Counted from the stretch's first letter, positions 1 through 8,734 are shown. The stretch: 64,000 nt of DNA from an uncultured Candidatus Actinomarina sp. (GCA_902510055.1 CABWZY010000002.1:4183-68182); one strand, 5' to 3'. Translations and numbers: made by a program. Notes: generated by a model not told the origin, from the sequence alone.

Positions 1-80
1 ATTGTCTCATGTGAGTCCGGAGAAAATTCTTTCACAAATAGATTCTCAAAGCGTTAGAAAGCTCATATTATAAAAATATA

Positions 81-755
81 TTGAAAGTTCATGGAGTTCT
101 ATTATCAGCAGGCCAAAGCGATAGGTTTAAAGGCGATAAACTTTTTACCGAAGTTAAAAATAAACCCCTTATTCTCTACCCTATAGAAACTTTTTTAAAT
201 TCAGGGAATATAGACACTTTAGTTATTGTTTGTAACAAGATAAATAAGAAGAAAATTAAACAATTATTGTTAAATATAGAAACAAATATTGAAATAGATT
301 TTATTCTAGGAGGCAAATCAAGACAAGAAAGTGAGTTAAAAGCATTAGAAAAGCTTAAAGAGAAAAATGTTCACGAGGAAGATTTAATAGTAATTCATGA
401 CAGTGCAAGAGCCTTCCTGCCTGTAAAATTACTTCTTAATTTAATTGAACACGCTAAACAGAATCAATCTGCAGCACCCTATATCAGAACATTATTAGTT
501 TCAAAAGATTTATCTGAATATATAAAAGAAAATATTGTTGAAATTCAAACACCTCAAATATTTAACTTTAAGACTTTAAGTAAAGCATATATCAAAACTT
601 CAGACAATAATTTTGATTCTGTGGACACTACAGAAAGAGTCTCTCAAGAAACAGGATTAGAAGCTAGTTTAATTGAGGGCAGTAATTTAAATAAAAAAAT
701 TACTTTTAAAGAAGATTTGGATAAACTTCAAGTGTTATTAGAGGTAGAGAATTGA
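81..755 (+). CDS. ispD: 2-C-methyl-D-erythritol 4-phosphate cytidylyltransferase (IspD/TarI family)
   Basis: 224-aa ORF with TTG start. The N-terminal NTP loop LLSAGQSDRF and the IHDSARAF and EIQTPQIF blocks line up with E. coli IspD (PAAGFGRRM / VHDAARP / ALTPQFF). Confidence 0.75.
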   Translation: MKVHGVLLSAGQSDRFKGDKLFTEVKNKPLILYPIETFLNSGNIDTLVIVCNKINKKKIKQLLLNIETNIEIDFILGGKSRQESELKALEKLKEKNVHEEDLIVIHDSARAFLPVKLLLNLIEHAKQNQSAAPYIRTLLVSKDLSEYIKENIVEIQTPQIFNFKTLSKAYIKTSDNNFDSVDTTERVSQETGLEASLIEGSNLNKKITFKEDLDKLQVLLEVEN

Positions 756-1981
756 GTCTATTAAAAAATTTTAGTACTGAGGTTGAGTCTAGAGGCAAAA
801 ACGTAAGAATAGCATTGGTTGGCGCTGGCCAAATGGGCCAAGGCATAGTTACTCAATTAAATAAAATGACAGGTGTAGATCTTGTTTTAGTAATTGATAA
901 AAATGATGAAAAGTTAGATTCTGCAAAAGCAAAATATACAAAAGGTAGAAATCATGATATGTCAATAGAAAAGTCTATTGACGCAATTGATAATGTTGAA
1001 TTAGATATTGTAATTGAAGCAACTGGTACACCATCCTCAGGTGCTGATGTTGCAAATAAAGTTCTAAATAGAGGCATTAATTTAATACTTCTAAATGTCG
1101 AAACAGAAGCAACAATAGGTCTGGCACTGAATCAAGAAGCAAAAAGAAATAATTCTATAGTAACAGTTGGAGATGGAGATGAGCCTGTTGCTGCTGTTGA
1201 GTTATATAATTTTGCTAATGAAATAGGAATGGAAGTTATTGCAATTGGTAAGGGAAAAAATAATCCATTTAATACTTTTGCCACTCCCGAACTTTTAAAA
1301 GATGAAGCAATCAAAAAAAAGATGAATCCATATATGCTGACAAGTTTTGTTGACGGGAGCAAGACAATGATTGAAATGGCAGCCCTTGCAAATTATCTTG
1401 ATTTCAATATAGATATTGAAGGCATGCATGGAGCGGAAGCAACATATGAAAATTTAAATTCAATTTATATACCAAAAAAAGATGGTGGAATACTTAACAA
1501 TAGAAATATTGTAGATTTTGCTTTTGGTATAGCACCCGGTGTTTTTGCAGTAGTTTATTCCGACGATGAGTATGTTAATTATGAGATGGAATATTTGAAG
1601 ATGGGCAAAGGACCATATTGGACTTTAGCGAGACCGTATCATTTAACTAGTTTAGAAATCCCAAGGACCATAATGAGCTTAATTGTAAATAAAGAAACCA
1701 AACTTAGTGCTGAGCATTGGAATGTAGAAGTTGTAGCTCACGCAAAAGAAGACATCTTACCTGGTACAAATTTAGGTTCAATTGGGGGTAATTTAATATA
1801 TGGAAAAGCAATGGAAGCAAATAAAGTTAATAACCTATTACCTTTAGGGATTGCTGAAAATAATATAGCAAATAATAAAATAAGAAAAGGAGAGCCATTA
1901 GCTATTGATGATGTGACTTTAGTAGAGAACCATCTTTATAGATACTGGAAAAAACAAATTGATTTAATAAAACTTAGTTAA
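752..1981 (+). CDS. NAD(P)-binding oxidoreductase, homoserine-dehydrogenase-like with probable C-terminal SAF domain (COG4091-like)
   Basis: 409 aa. The TTG start overlaps the ispD stop by 4 nt. Rossmann motif IALVGAGQMGQG is near the N-terminus. The architecture matches the COG4091 family as I remember it; not searched. Confidence 0.5.
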   Translation: MSLLKNFSTEVESRGKNVRIALVGAGQMGQGIVTQLNKMTGVDLVLVIDKNDEKLDSAKAKYTKGRNHDMSIEKSIDAIDNVELDIVIEATGTPSSGADVANKVLNRGINLILLNVETEATIGLALNQEAKRNNSIVTVGDGDEPVAAVELYNFANEIGMEVIAIGKGKNNPFNTFATPELLKDEAIKKKMNPYMLTSFVDGSKTMIEMAALANYLDFNIDIEGMHGAEATYENLNSIYIPKKDGGILNNRNIVDFAFGIAPGVFAVVYSDDEYVNYEMEYLKMGKGPYWTLARPYHLTSLEIPRTIMSLIVNKETKLSAEHWNVEVVAHAKEDILPGTNLGSIGGNLIYGKAMEANKVNNLLPLGIAENNIANNKIRKGEPLAIDDVTLVENHLYRYWKKQIDLIKLS

Positions 1982-2014
1982 TTTATTTTTTAGTTATTAT
2001 TAAATAGGCGAATA

Positions 2015-2539
2015 ATGAAAAAAGAAACACATAGAGAAGGCGCATCTAAATTAAAATCAGAGCTTGTAGAGATGCATAAACCTGGGTCAAAAGGTTCTGC
2101 CACATATGCCTTACATTTCAAAACAGAAGAGACAAATCAGTTTTGTGATTTTACTGATGATATTGTTTCTATTGTTTCTAACTTAAACATAAAGCATGGA
2201 TCAGTGAATATATTTACCCCACACACTACAACAGCTATTCTAATAAATGAATCTGAGACAGGATATGTCAATGATTTTAAAAGAAAAATAGAAGAATTAA
2301 TATCTTCTGATTCTTATTATGAGCACGATGACTGGGAAGTCAGAACTGAGAATATGCAAGAAGATGAAAATGTTAACGGTAGATCCCATGTTAGAGGTTC
2401 AATTGTTGGGACTACTGCTATTACACTTCCTATTGTTGACGGAGAAATCTTACTTGGACGCTGGCAAAGAATATTCTTTGTTGAATTAGATTGTTCAAGA
2501 TCAAGAAGATTATTTGTTCAGACTAACGATATAAGTTAA
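2015..2539 (+). CDS. YjbQ/UPF0047 family protein (secondary thiamine-phosphate synthase-like)
   Basis: 174 aa. The blocks FTPHTTTAILINE...HVRGSIVG...ITLPIVDGEILLGRWQRIFFVELD are characteristic of YjbQ. Confidence 0.75.
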   Translation: MKKETHREGASKLKSELVEMHKPGSKGSATYALHFKTEETNQFCDFTDDIVSIVSNLNIKHGSVNIFTPHTTTAILINESETGYVNDFKRKIEELISSDSYYEHDDWEVRTENMQEDENVNGRSHVRGSIVGTTAITLPIVDGEILLGRWQRIFFVELDCSRSRRLFVQTNDIS

Positions 2540-3168
2540 CCTTTAATATTTAAAAAGTATTCAGGTTCTTCGCCTATTTTCCATTTTATATTACATCCCA
2601 TACTTGGTAGTTGAGGGTTTGGAGGATCATTGTTCTCCAATAAAGAGTCAACAGCACTGCGTAAAGATTCTCCAGTAACAGGTACATCATTACCAGGTCT
2701 TGAGCTATCTAGTTGGCCTCTATAAAATAATTCCTGATTATCTCCAAACAAGAAAAAATCTGGTGTACATTGAGCTGTAAAGTTTTTTGCAACTGATTGG
2801 TCAGGATCAACTACATATGGAAATTTATAATTAAGCGCGGAAGCATATTCTTTCATCTTCTCAAGACTATCTTCGGCGTACTTCTCCTGGGTACTGTCAT
2901 TTGAATTAATACCTATAACGCCAATATTTTTTTCCATTAACTCATTTGTTAAATTAACTAATTCCTCGTTTACATGTTTTACAAAGGGACAATGATTACA
3001 AATAAACATTACAAGGATGCCTTTTTTGTTTAAGTAGTCATTATTTGTATATTTTTTTTCATCAATTCCTAAAAGCGAAAAATTAGGCATTTTTGTCCCT
3101 AAAGAGAGCATTGTTGATTGTACATCCATATCAATAATCAATAATAATAGGCTTTTAATTAAAAACAT
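2536..3168 (-). CDS. Thioredoxin-fold protein (AhpC/TSA, PRX-like family) with CxxC
   Basis: Contains PNFSL...VMFICNHCPFVKH (CxxC) followed by a redoxin-type fold. The true start may be the internal Met at 3111 (MLSLGTKMPNF). Confidence 0.7.
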   Translation of the reverse strand: MFLIKSLLLLIIDMDVQSTMLSLGTKMPNFSLLGIDEKKYTNNDYLNKKGILVMFICNHCPFVKHVNEELVNLTNELMEKNIGVIGINSNDSTQEKYAEDSLEKMKEYASALNYKFPYVVDPDQSVAKNFTAQCTPDFFLFGDNQELFYRGQLDSSRPGNDVPVTGESLRSAVDSLLENNDPPNPQLPSMGCNIKWKIGEEPEYFLNIKG

Positions 3169-3312
3169 AAGGATAAAGAGACTAGTTATAATTTTTTTTG
3201 GTTACATGGTTAGCTCAAAATAATTTACACTAAAACTATTGGCAAGAGAATAGGCAATATAATAGACGTGTCGTAAAATTACGGCAATTAATCAATCAAA
3301 GGAGATTGAAAA

Positions 3313-4374
3313 ATGAAAGAATCCATACAACGCGTTGGTGGTGCTATGGCAGGAATGGTTATTCCTAACATTGGTGCTTTCATCGCTTGGGGTTTGATTA
3401 CAGCACTCTTTATACCAACAGGATGGGTACCTAATGCAGGTCTGTCTGAAATGGTTGGTCCTATGATCGTTAGCATGTTGCCAATACTTATTGGTTACAC
3501 AGGCGGAAAAATGGTTCATGGACACAGAGGTGGTGTGATTGGTGCGGTTGTTACAACAGCTATTGTTGTTGGATCAACTACTCCTCAATTCTTAGGAGCT
3601 ATGGCCATGGGTCCTTTGGCAGCATGGGTACAAAAGAAACTTGACGGAGCATTGCAACCTGCAACTCCAGAAGGCTTTGAGATGTTGGTAGACAACTTCT
3701 CTCTTGGTATCCTTGGAACAATTCTTGCCGTAGTAAGCAAGAACGTTATCGGTCCAATTCTCACAGGAATAACCGATTTCTTAGGAAATGCAGCTGGTGC
3801 ATTAGTAGACGCAGGTCTAGTACCATTAGCAGACATTCCTATTGAAGTAGCCAAAGTACTATTTTTAAACAATGCAATCAACCACGGTGTATTAGGACCA
3901 CTTGGAGCAGCTGAGTCTGCTGAAACTGGTCAATCCATCTGGTTCTTGCTTGAAACAAATCCTGGACCAGGTCTAGGACTGTTGCTTGCATATTGGTTTG
4001 CAGGTACTGGAATGTGGAAGCAATCTGCTCCAGGTTCCATTATCATTCACTTCTTCGGAGGGATTCACGAAATCTATTTCCCATATGTATTAGGACATCC
4101 AATTATGATCCTAAGTATGTGGGCAGGTGGAATTTGTGCTGACCTTTGGTTCTCAATTACGGGAGCAGGTTTGGTGGCAACACCTTCACCAGGAAGTATA
4201 TTTGCATACTTAGCTGTCACACCTAAGGGTGGACACTTTGCTGTATTAGGTGGTGTATTAATCGGAGCAGTAGCATCTGCTGTCGCAGGTACACTTATCT
4301 TAAAAGCAAGACCAATAGAAGAGACTGATGCTGGAGTAGAAGACGCAATTGACGTCGACGTTCCAACTGTTTAA
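3313..4374 (+). CDS. mtlA: PTS mannitol-specific EIIC component (stand-alone)
   Basis: 353 aa, collinear with the N-terminal half of E. coli MtlA. Matching blocks: MVIPNIGAFIAWGLITALFIPTGW, FLNNAINHGV, ETNPGPGLGLLLAY, GGIHEIYFPYVL, SPGSIFAYLAVTPKG. An AAAGGAGA ribosome-binding site lies upstream. Confidence 0.92.
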   Translation: MKESIQRVGGAMAGMVIPNIGAFIAWGLITALFIPTGWVPNAGLSEMVGPMIVSMLPILIGYTGGKMVHGHRGGVIGAVVTTAIVVGSTTPQFLGAMAMGPLAAWVQKKLDGALQPATPEGFEMLVDNFSLGILGTILAVVSKNVIGPILTGITDFLGNAAGALVDAGLVPLADIPIEVAKVLFLNNAINHGVLGPLGAAESAETGQSIWFLLETNPGPGLGLLLAYWFAGTGMWKQSAPGSIIIHFFGGIHEIYFPYVLGHPIMILSMWAGGICADLWFSITGAGLVATPSPGSIFAYLAVTPKGGHFAVLGGVLIGAVASAVAGTLILKARPIEETDAGVEDAIDVDVPTV

Positions 4375-4395
4375 GTTTCTTTAAGCTAAAAATTT

Positions 4396-4428
4396 GTTTG
4401 GGGAGGTTTTACCTCCCCAAACTTTTTT
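4396..4428 (+). terminator. Intrinsic terminator-like hairpin between the EIIC and EIIB genes
   Basis: Perfect 11-bp stem GTTTGGGGAGG / CCTCCCCAAAC with loop TTTTA, followed by T6. Confidence 0.7.
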
Positions 4429-4457
4429 ATATAATGTAACGTGAGAGGAAAAATAAT

Positions 4458-4781
4458 ATGACTAAAGATTCATTGCCTTCAAGTGAAGTTAAAAAAATTG
4501 TTCTTGCTTGCGAGGCCGGAATGGGCTCAAGTTTGATGGTAAAAAATGGTTTAATAAAAAAATTAGCTAAAGCCGGACTGGAAATTAATGTTGAACACTC
4601 TCCAGTTAATCTTATTCCAGCTGATGCGGATGTAGTTGTTGCTCACCAAGGGCTAGCAGGAAGAGCTAGAGAAGTTGCTGAGAATTCAGTAGTAGTTACT
4701 TTTAATATGTTTATGAATGATCCAGCAATAAATAAATTAGTTGATGATTTATCTAAAGGGAACGATATTCATTCAGCTTAA
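4458..4781 (+). CDS. PTS mannitol-specific EIIB component (stand-alone)
   Basis: 107 aa. KKIVLACEAGMGSSLM matches the E. coli MtlA IIB active-site block IIVACDAGMGSS, which holds the phospho-Cys. Confidence 0.8.
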   Translation: MTKDSLPSSEVKKIVLACEAGMGSSLMVKNGLIKKLAKAGLEINVEHSPVNLIPADADVVVAHQGLAGRAREVAENSVVVTFNMFMNDPAINKLVDDLSKGNDIHSA

Positions 4782-4784
4782 ATA

Positions 4785-5210
4785 ATGGAAATACTAAAAA
4801 AAGCAGCAATTGCTGTCTCGCAAGAACTTTCAAGTAAGGAAGAAGCAACAAAACTTGCTGGTAGATTATTAAAAGATACTGGAAGTATTCAAGAAGAATA
4901 TATTGATTCAATGCTTTATAAATTAGAAAACGAAGGTTTTGCAACCTATATAGGGAATGGAGTAGCTATACCTCACGGGATGGAGGATGGTAAAAAATAT
5001 ATAAATGAAACTGCAATATCAATAATCCAATCTCATACAGGGGTTGATTGGAATGGTGAGATAGCACATATAATTGTAGGGATTGCAGCAAAAGATGATG
5101 AACATATAGATGTTTTAAGTAAGCTTGCTGATTTGATAGAAGACCCTGAAGATGCAAAAAAAATTTGGGTAATAGACTCTATAGATCAGATATATGAACT
5201 TTTTAGTTGA
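4785..5210 (+). CDS. mtlF: PTS mannitol-specific EIIA component
   Basis: 141 aa. GNGVAIPHG (phospho-His) and IIVGIAAKDDEHIDVLSKLA match E. coli MtlA IIA (GESIAVPHG, LVIGIAARNNEHIQVITSL). Confidence 0.8.
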   Translation: MEILKKAAIAVSQELSSKEEATKLAGRLLKDTGSIQEEYIDSMLYKLENEGFATYIGNGVAIPHGMEDGKKYINETAISIIQSHTGVDWNGEIAHIIVGIAAKDDEHIDVLSKLADLIEDPEDAKKIWVIDSIDQIYELFS

Positions 5211-6280
5211 TGGATAACTTAGCTATACACTTTGGAGCAGGAAATATTGGAAGAGGGTTCATAGCTCCTGTTCTTCAAAGCAATGGATATAAAATTATTT
5301 TCGTTGATATTGACGGTTCTTTAATATCTAAATTAAATTCAACAAATAAGTACCATGTATCAAACTTTTTAAATAGTAAAGATGATATCTTGGTTGATAA
5401 TTTTTCTGGAATTGAATTAAATAACTTAAAAGAGTTGGAATCAGCATTGTCACAAGCAGATTTAATTAGTACTTCTGTAGGGCCAAATCATCTATTAAGT
5501 GTCATTGAAAGTATTGTTAATGTACAGTTTGAAAAAAACCCTTCGTTTATAGCTTTTGAAAATAAATATAGAGCTTCTTCAATAACTTTTAAAGAAGCCA
5601 AAGTAGATATAAGTAAACTCAATATTATTGATGCCGTGGTTGATAAAATTGTCCCTCCACAGCCAACTGGATCCCTTGATGTTATTGTTGAAGAGTTTGG
5701 GTCTATTGTATTAGAAGATCAAGCAATTAAGCCTCTAAAACCTTCAGAAGTTGTAAGCTATGGAGATTATGAAAAAGAATTTATTAAAAAACTATGGATA
5801 TTAAATGGTTTGCATCTTAAGTTAGCTTATTTTGGTTTGGCTAATAACAAGAAATTTATGCATGAGCTTTTTGAAGATGATGAAGGTATAGATTTTTCTA
5901 GAAAAGCTGCAAACTCTTTAGGGGAGGCGTACTTACTATTTGACAAAGATACAGCAAGTATTGATATATATAAGGAAACAATTCTCACACGATTTGCTGC
6001 TCCAGAAGTAAAAGATGACCTGTTACGTGTTGCAAGAAATCCAATGATAAAATTTAATAGATTAGAAAGATTTCATGCACCATTAGATTTACTCATAAAA
6101 AATAATTTTAATGTTGAAACTTTTAGGTCTGTTTTTGAAATTTTATTAAAAGAAGATTTTAAAAATATACAAGGGTTTAGTGATTTTAAAAAATTATTTG
6201 AAAATGGTATTAAAAACTTTTTGGATGACTTCTGGAACGTTGGAAGTAATTTGGAAAAATATTTAACTAAGTTAAAATAA
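5210..6280 (+). CDS. mtlD: Mannitol-1-phosphate 5-dehydrogenase
   Basis: IHFGAGNIGRGFIAPVL, VDKIVPPQ and KDDLLRVARNP match E. coli MtlD. The ATG at 5210 overlaps the EIIA stop (TGATG). The track ORF begins one codon earlier at a TTG. Confidence 0.85.
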   Translation: MDNLAIHFGAGNIGRGFIAPVLQSNGYKIIFVDIDGSLISKLNSTNKYHVSNFLNSKDDILVDNFSGIELNNLKELESALSQADLISTSVGPNHLLSVIESIVNVQFEKNPSFIAFENKYRASSITFKEAKVDISKLNIIDAVVDKIVPPQPTGSLDVIVEEFGSIVLEDQAIKPLKPSEVVSYGDYEKEFIKKLWILNGLHLKLAYFGLANNKKFMHELFEDDEGIDFSRKAANSLGEAYLLFDKDTASIDIYKETILTRFAAPEVKDDLLRVARNPMIKFNRLERFHAPLDLLIKNNFNVETFRSVFEILLKEDFKNIQGFSDFKKLFENGIKNFLDDFWNVGSNLEKYLTKLK

Positions 6281-6284
6281 CTAG

Positions 6285-6545
6285 ATGTCAATTACAAAAA
6301 ATTTAACTATTAAATCATCTGTAGGATTACATGCAAGGCCAGCAGCTGAGTTCGTTAAAATAGCACAAGAGTTTGATGGAGAAGTAGTCATTTCTTACAA
6401 CGGGCAAGAAGGAGATGGCAAAAGCATGATTGGCATATTAAAGTTAGGAATTAAAAAAGACACCACATTTGATTTAACTTTAAATGGTCAAAAAGAAGAA
6501 GAGTATATGTTTAAGTTTGAAGAATTGATTTCAAAAGATGACTGA
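6285..6545 (+). CDS. ptsH: Phosphocarrier protein HPr
   Basis: 86 aa. The His-15 motif SVGLHARPAAEFV and the Ser-46 region GKSMIGILKLG are both present. Confidence 0.85.
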   Translation: MSITKNLTIKSSVGLHARPAAEFVKIAQEFDGEVVISYNGQEGDGKSMIGILKLGIKKDTTFDLTLNGQKEEEYMFKFEELISKDD

Positions 6546-6819
6546 AGATATTCTTAATTTACTCCTTAAGTCAGGTAAAGCAACAACCTCAGAAGAATGG
6601 GATGCAGTATATCAAGATGATCTACCTGTTGTTGTAGCGCTTTCAACTGTTGAATTGGGGGAGGCAATAGGAAAGCTTGATGAAGTTGGTGGTTATGGTT
6701 ATATTGCAACCTGGAAAAAGAATCTATTTTCATTTAACCCTAAATTACTATCTAAAAGATGCGGTTTAATTGATGAAAATGGCAATCTTTTAAAAGCTGC
6801 ACGAATTCCTAAAAAATAA
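6538..6819 (+). CDS. Hypothetical protein, translationally coupled to ptsH
   Basis: 93-aa ORF whose ATG overlaps the ptsH stop (ATGACTGA). I recognise no family. Confidence 0.45.
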   Translation: MTEDILNLLLKSGKATTSEEWDAVYQDDLPVVVALSTVELGEAIGKLDEVGGYGYIATWKKNLFSFNPKLLSKRCGLIDENGNLLKAARIPKK

Positions 6820-7092
6820 CTATTTTTTATATTTTCTCCATTTAAAAACATTATGAAGAGTATGCATTGTAAGGATTACTACTCCAAAGATAATTAATTG
6901 CCTTAACCACCAAATATTGTCAGGAGGGTTTAATATATTACCAAGCCCTCCACCGACGATACCTCCAATTAGTCCCGAAACTACTAGTAATAGATAGTCT
7001 CTTCTATCAACGTTTTTAACAAAAAATGAAGCTGCTAGACCAAAAAGCAACCATATAGAAACTATTGAAACTATTCTCCAAATTAATGCCAT
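6820..7092 (-). CDS. Small membrane protein, GlsB/YeaQ/YmgE-like
   Basis: 90 aa with three hydrophobic helices and the Gly-rich helix GLIGGIVGGGLGNIL typical of that family. Confidence 0.45.
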   Translation of the reverse strand: MALIWRIVSIVSIWLLFGLAASFFVKNVDRRDYLLLVVSGLIGGIVGGGLGNILNPPDNIWWLRQLIIFGVVILTMHTLHNVFKWRKYKK

Positions 7093-7121
7093 AAGATAAA
7101 GTTTAGTTGATTATTTAAATC

Positions 7122-8378
7122 TTACTTCTTTGCTATTTTTTTTACTACAACAGACTCAATTCTCCTACCGTCAATTTCTAAAACGGTAATCTCGAGTCCA
7201 TCAATTGTAATTTTTTCACCTTCATTTGGAAGTTGTTCTGAATGGCTTAAGAAAAGCCCACCAAGAGTTGCGACATCTTTATCATTAGGGTCTAATCCAA
7301 AAAATTCCTCAAAATCATCGATATCAGTTTTTCCATCAATACGCCATTGTCCCGGTCCAAGCCTTCTAATGCCAGAAAATCTTTGGTCATGTTCATCTGG
7401 AAGGTCGCCAACAAACTCTGAAAGAACATCTTTAATTGTTATAACACCTTCAATTCCACCATTTTCATCAATAACACATGCAAAGCTAGCTTTATTTTCT
7501 CTTAAGATATTCAAGGCTGAAAGAACTGTTGTATATTCAGGTAAATAAATTACATCTTTAACCAAATTTTCTATTTCTACAGCATCAGAGTCTATCTTAA
7601 GATTTAGAAGGTCTTTTACATATACAACCCCATAAGTATCATCTAGAGATTCACTTTTTGAAACAGGCATTCTAGAGATTCTTTTTTCATTAACAATTGT
7701 TCGAACAGCTTTTATAGATAGAGGAGTTGATAGGAATAAAACATCTACCCTCGGAGTCATTACTTCTTTAATTGGTCTATCAGAAAATTCTAATAATGAA
7801 TCAATAATTTCTCTTTCAGCAGGAAGTATTTGTCCTTCCTGTTCACCTAAAGCAGTTAGTGCTTGAATATCAGCTTCAGTTATTTCATTATCGCCATCCA
7901 TATCTCCAATATTTTTTGTCCCGTACCTGTTTATTGATCCAGTAATTAAATTTGTAAAAGGTGCAAATATTCTTGCAAGGTAATCTATAAAAATTGATGT
8001 TCGTGAGAAAAACTCTAAAGGCTTTCTTGTAGCAAGAGTCTTTGGGGTTACTTCTCCAAATACAAGAACAAGTATTGTTATAAAAAGTGTCGCAATAATT
8101 CCACCTGTTCTCTCACCAAATCTTCTTACAAATAAAATTGTTGCAAGTGATGCCATTAATATGTTTACAAAGTTGTTTGCTACAAGGATTCCACCAATTG
8201 TTTTTTCAATTTCATCTTTTGCACGCTTTATTCTCTTATTTTTTTTAGACCCATCCAGTTGATGAATCCTTTCTCTAGGAAGTGAGGTAATTGCTGTTTC
8301 GGACCCAGAGAGCAAGGCAGAGAACACTAAACAAGTAAAGATTAGTAAATATAGGATTATGTCTAAGTTAGTACTCAA
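7122..8378 (-). CDS. CNNM/DUF21-CBS-CorC_HlyC family protein (hemolysin/Mg-Co efflux-like)
   Basis: 418 aa. N-terminal transmembrane block, a CBS pair region and the C-terminal CorC_HlyC-like block ITIKDVLSEFVGDLPDEHD ... TIDGLEITVLEIDGRRI. Confidence 0.8.
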   Translation of the reverse strand: MSTNLDIILYLLIFTCLVFSALLSGSETAITSLPRERIHQLDGSKKNKRIKRAKDEIEKTIGGILVANNFVNILMASLATILFVRRFGERTGGIIATLFITILVLVFGEVTPKTLATRKPLEFFSRTSIFIDYLARIFAPFTNLITGSINRYGTKNIGDMDGDNEITEADIQALTALGEQEGQILPAEREIIDSLLEFSDRPIKEVMTPRVDVLFLSTPLSIKAVRTIVNEKRISRMPVSKSESLDDTYGVVYVKDLLNLKIDSDAVEIENLVKDVIYLPEYTTVLSALNILRENKASFACVIDENGGIEGVITIKDVLSEFVGDLPDEHDQRFSGIRRLGPGQWRIDGKTDIDDFEEFFGLDPNDKDVATLGGLFLSHSEQLPNEGEKITIDGLEITVLEIDGRRIESVVVKKIAKK

Positions 8379-8404
8379 TATATATATTTAAATTTTAAAG
8401 CATC

Positions 8405-8734
8405 TTAGTTTAAATTAAAGAAATTATTTATTTTACTTTTTGTAATTGGCTTAACCATAAAACCATTAGATTCAACCCTTTTTGCCTGTATTTCATCAGC
8501 ATCCCTGTCTCCAAGAAGCACTATAAATGAATTTTTCGTAGAATCGCTCCTTTTTAGTTCTCTAATTATTGAAGGCCCTCCATTATTTTGAACCTGCATA
8601 TCGACAAAAATGTAATCAAAATAATGCTCAATAGTTGTATGTTCTTTCATATGGGTTAATTCATAATCAAAATCAAGGTACTTTTCAAGAGATTCCTTGA
8701 CCCATGTGTTATCTGATATCAATAATATTTTCAC
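8405..8734 (-). CDS. Stand-alone receiver (CheY-like) domain protein
   Basis: 109 aa. KILLISDN (beta1), FVDMQV (putative phospho-Asp D45) and MVKP (conserved Lys-Pro). The usual Thr/Ser after beta4 reads LLG. Confidence 0.5.
   Translation of the reverse strand: MKILLISDNTWVKESLEKYLDFDYELTHMKEHTTIEHYFDYIFVDMQVQNNGGPSIIRELKRSDSTKNSFIVLLGDRDADEIQAKRVESNGFMVKPITKSKINNFFNLN

Noticed and set aside
1-73. Possible 3' end of an upstream CDS (frame 2 reads LSHVSPEKILSQIDSQSVRKLIL-stop; frame 1 is also open to position 57)
   Set aside because: Too short to choose a frame or assign a family, so it is not reported as a feature.
1132-1362. 76-aa minus-strand ORF
   Set aside because: Entirely antisense within the 409-aa oxidoreductase gene, with no independent support.
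3288-3881. Three minus-strand track ORFs (3288-3476, 3292-3525, 3585-3881) inside the EIIC gene
   Set aside because: They are antisense to a gene with near full-length homology to MtlA EIIC. Their compositions are Pro/Ala/Ile-biased mirror images, so they are shadow ORFs.
3313-4374. Visibly higher G+C of the EIIC gene as evidence of recent horizontal transfer
   Set aside because: The protein is Gly/Ala/Pro/Val-rich, which forces GC-rich codons. Neighbouring mtl genes have typical composition. Composition alone is not evidence.
4753-5157. Two 63-aa minus-strand ORFs (4753-4944, 4966-5157)
   Set aside because: Antisense to the EIIA gene, with Leu/Gln-rich low-complexity translations.
6073-6291. 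72-aa minus-strand ORF
   Set aside because: Antisense to the 3' end of mtlD, with a Lys/Phe/Ser-rich AT-driven translation.
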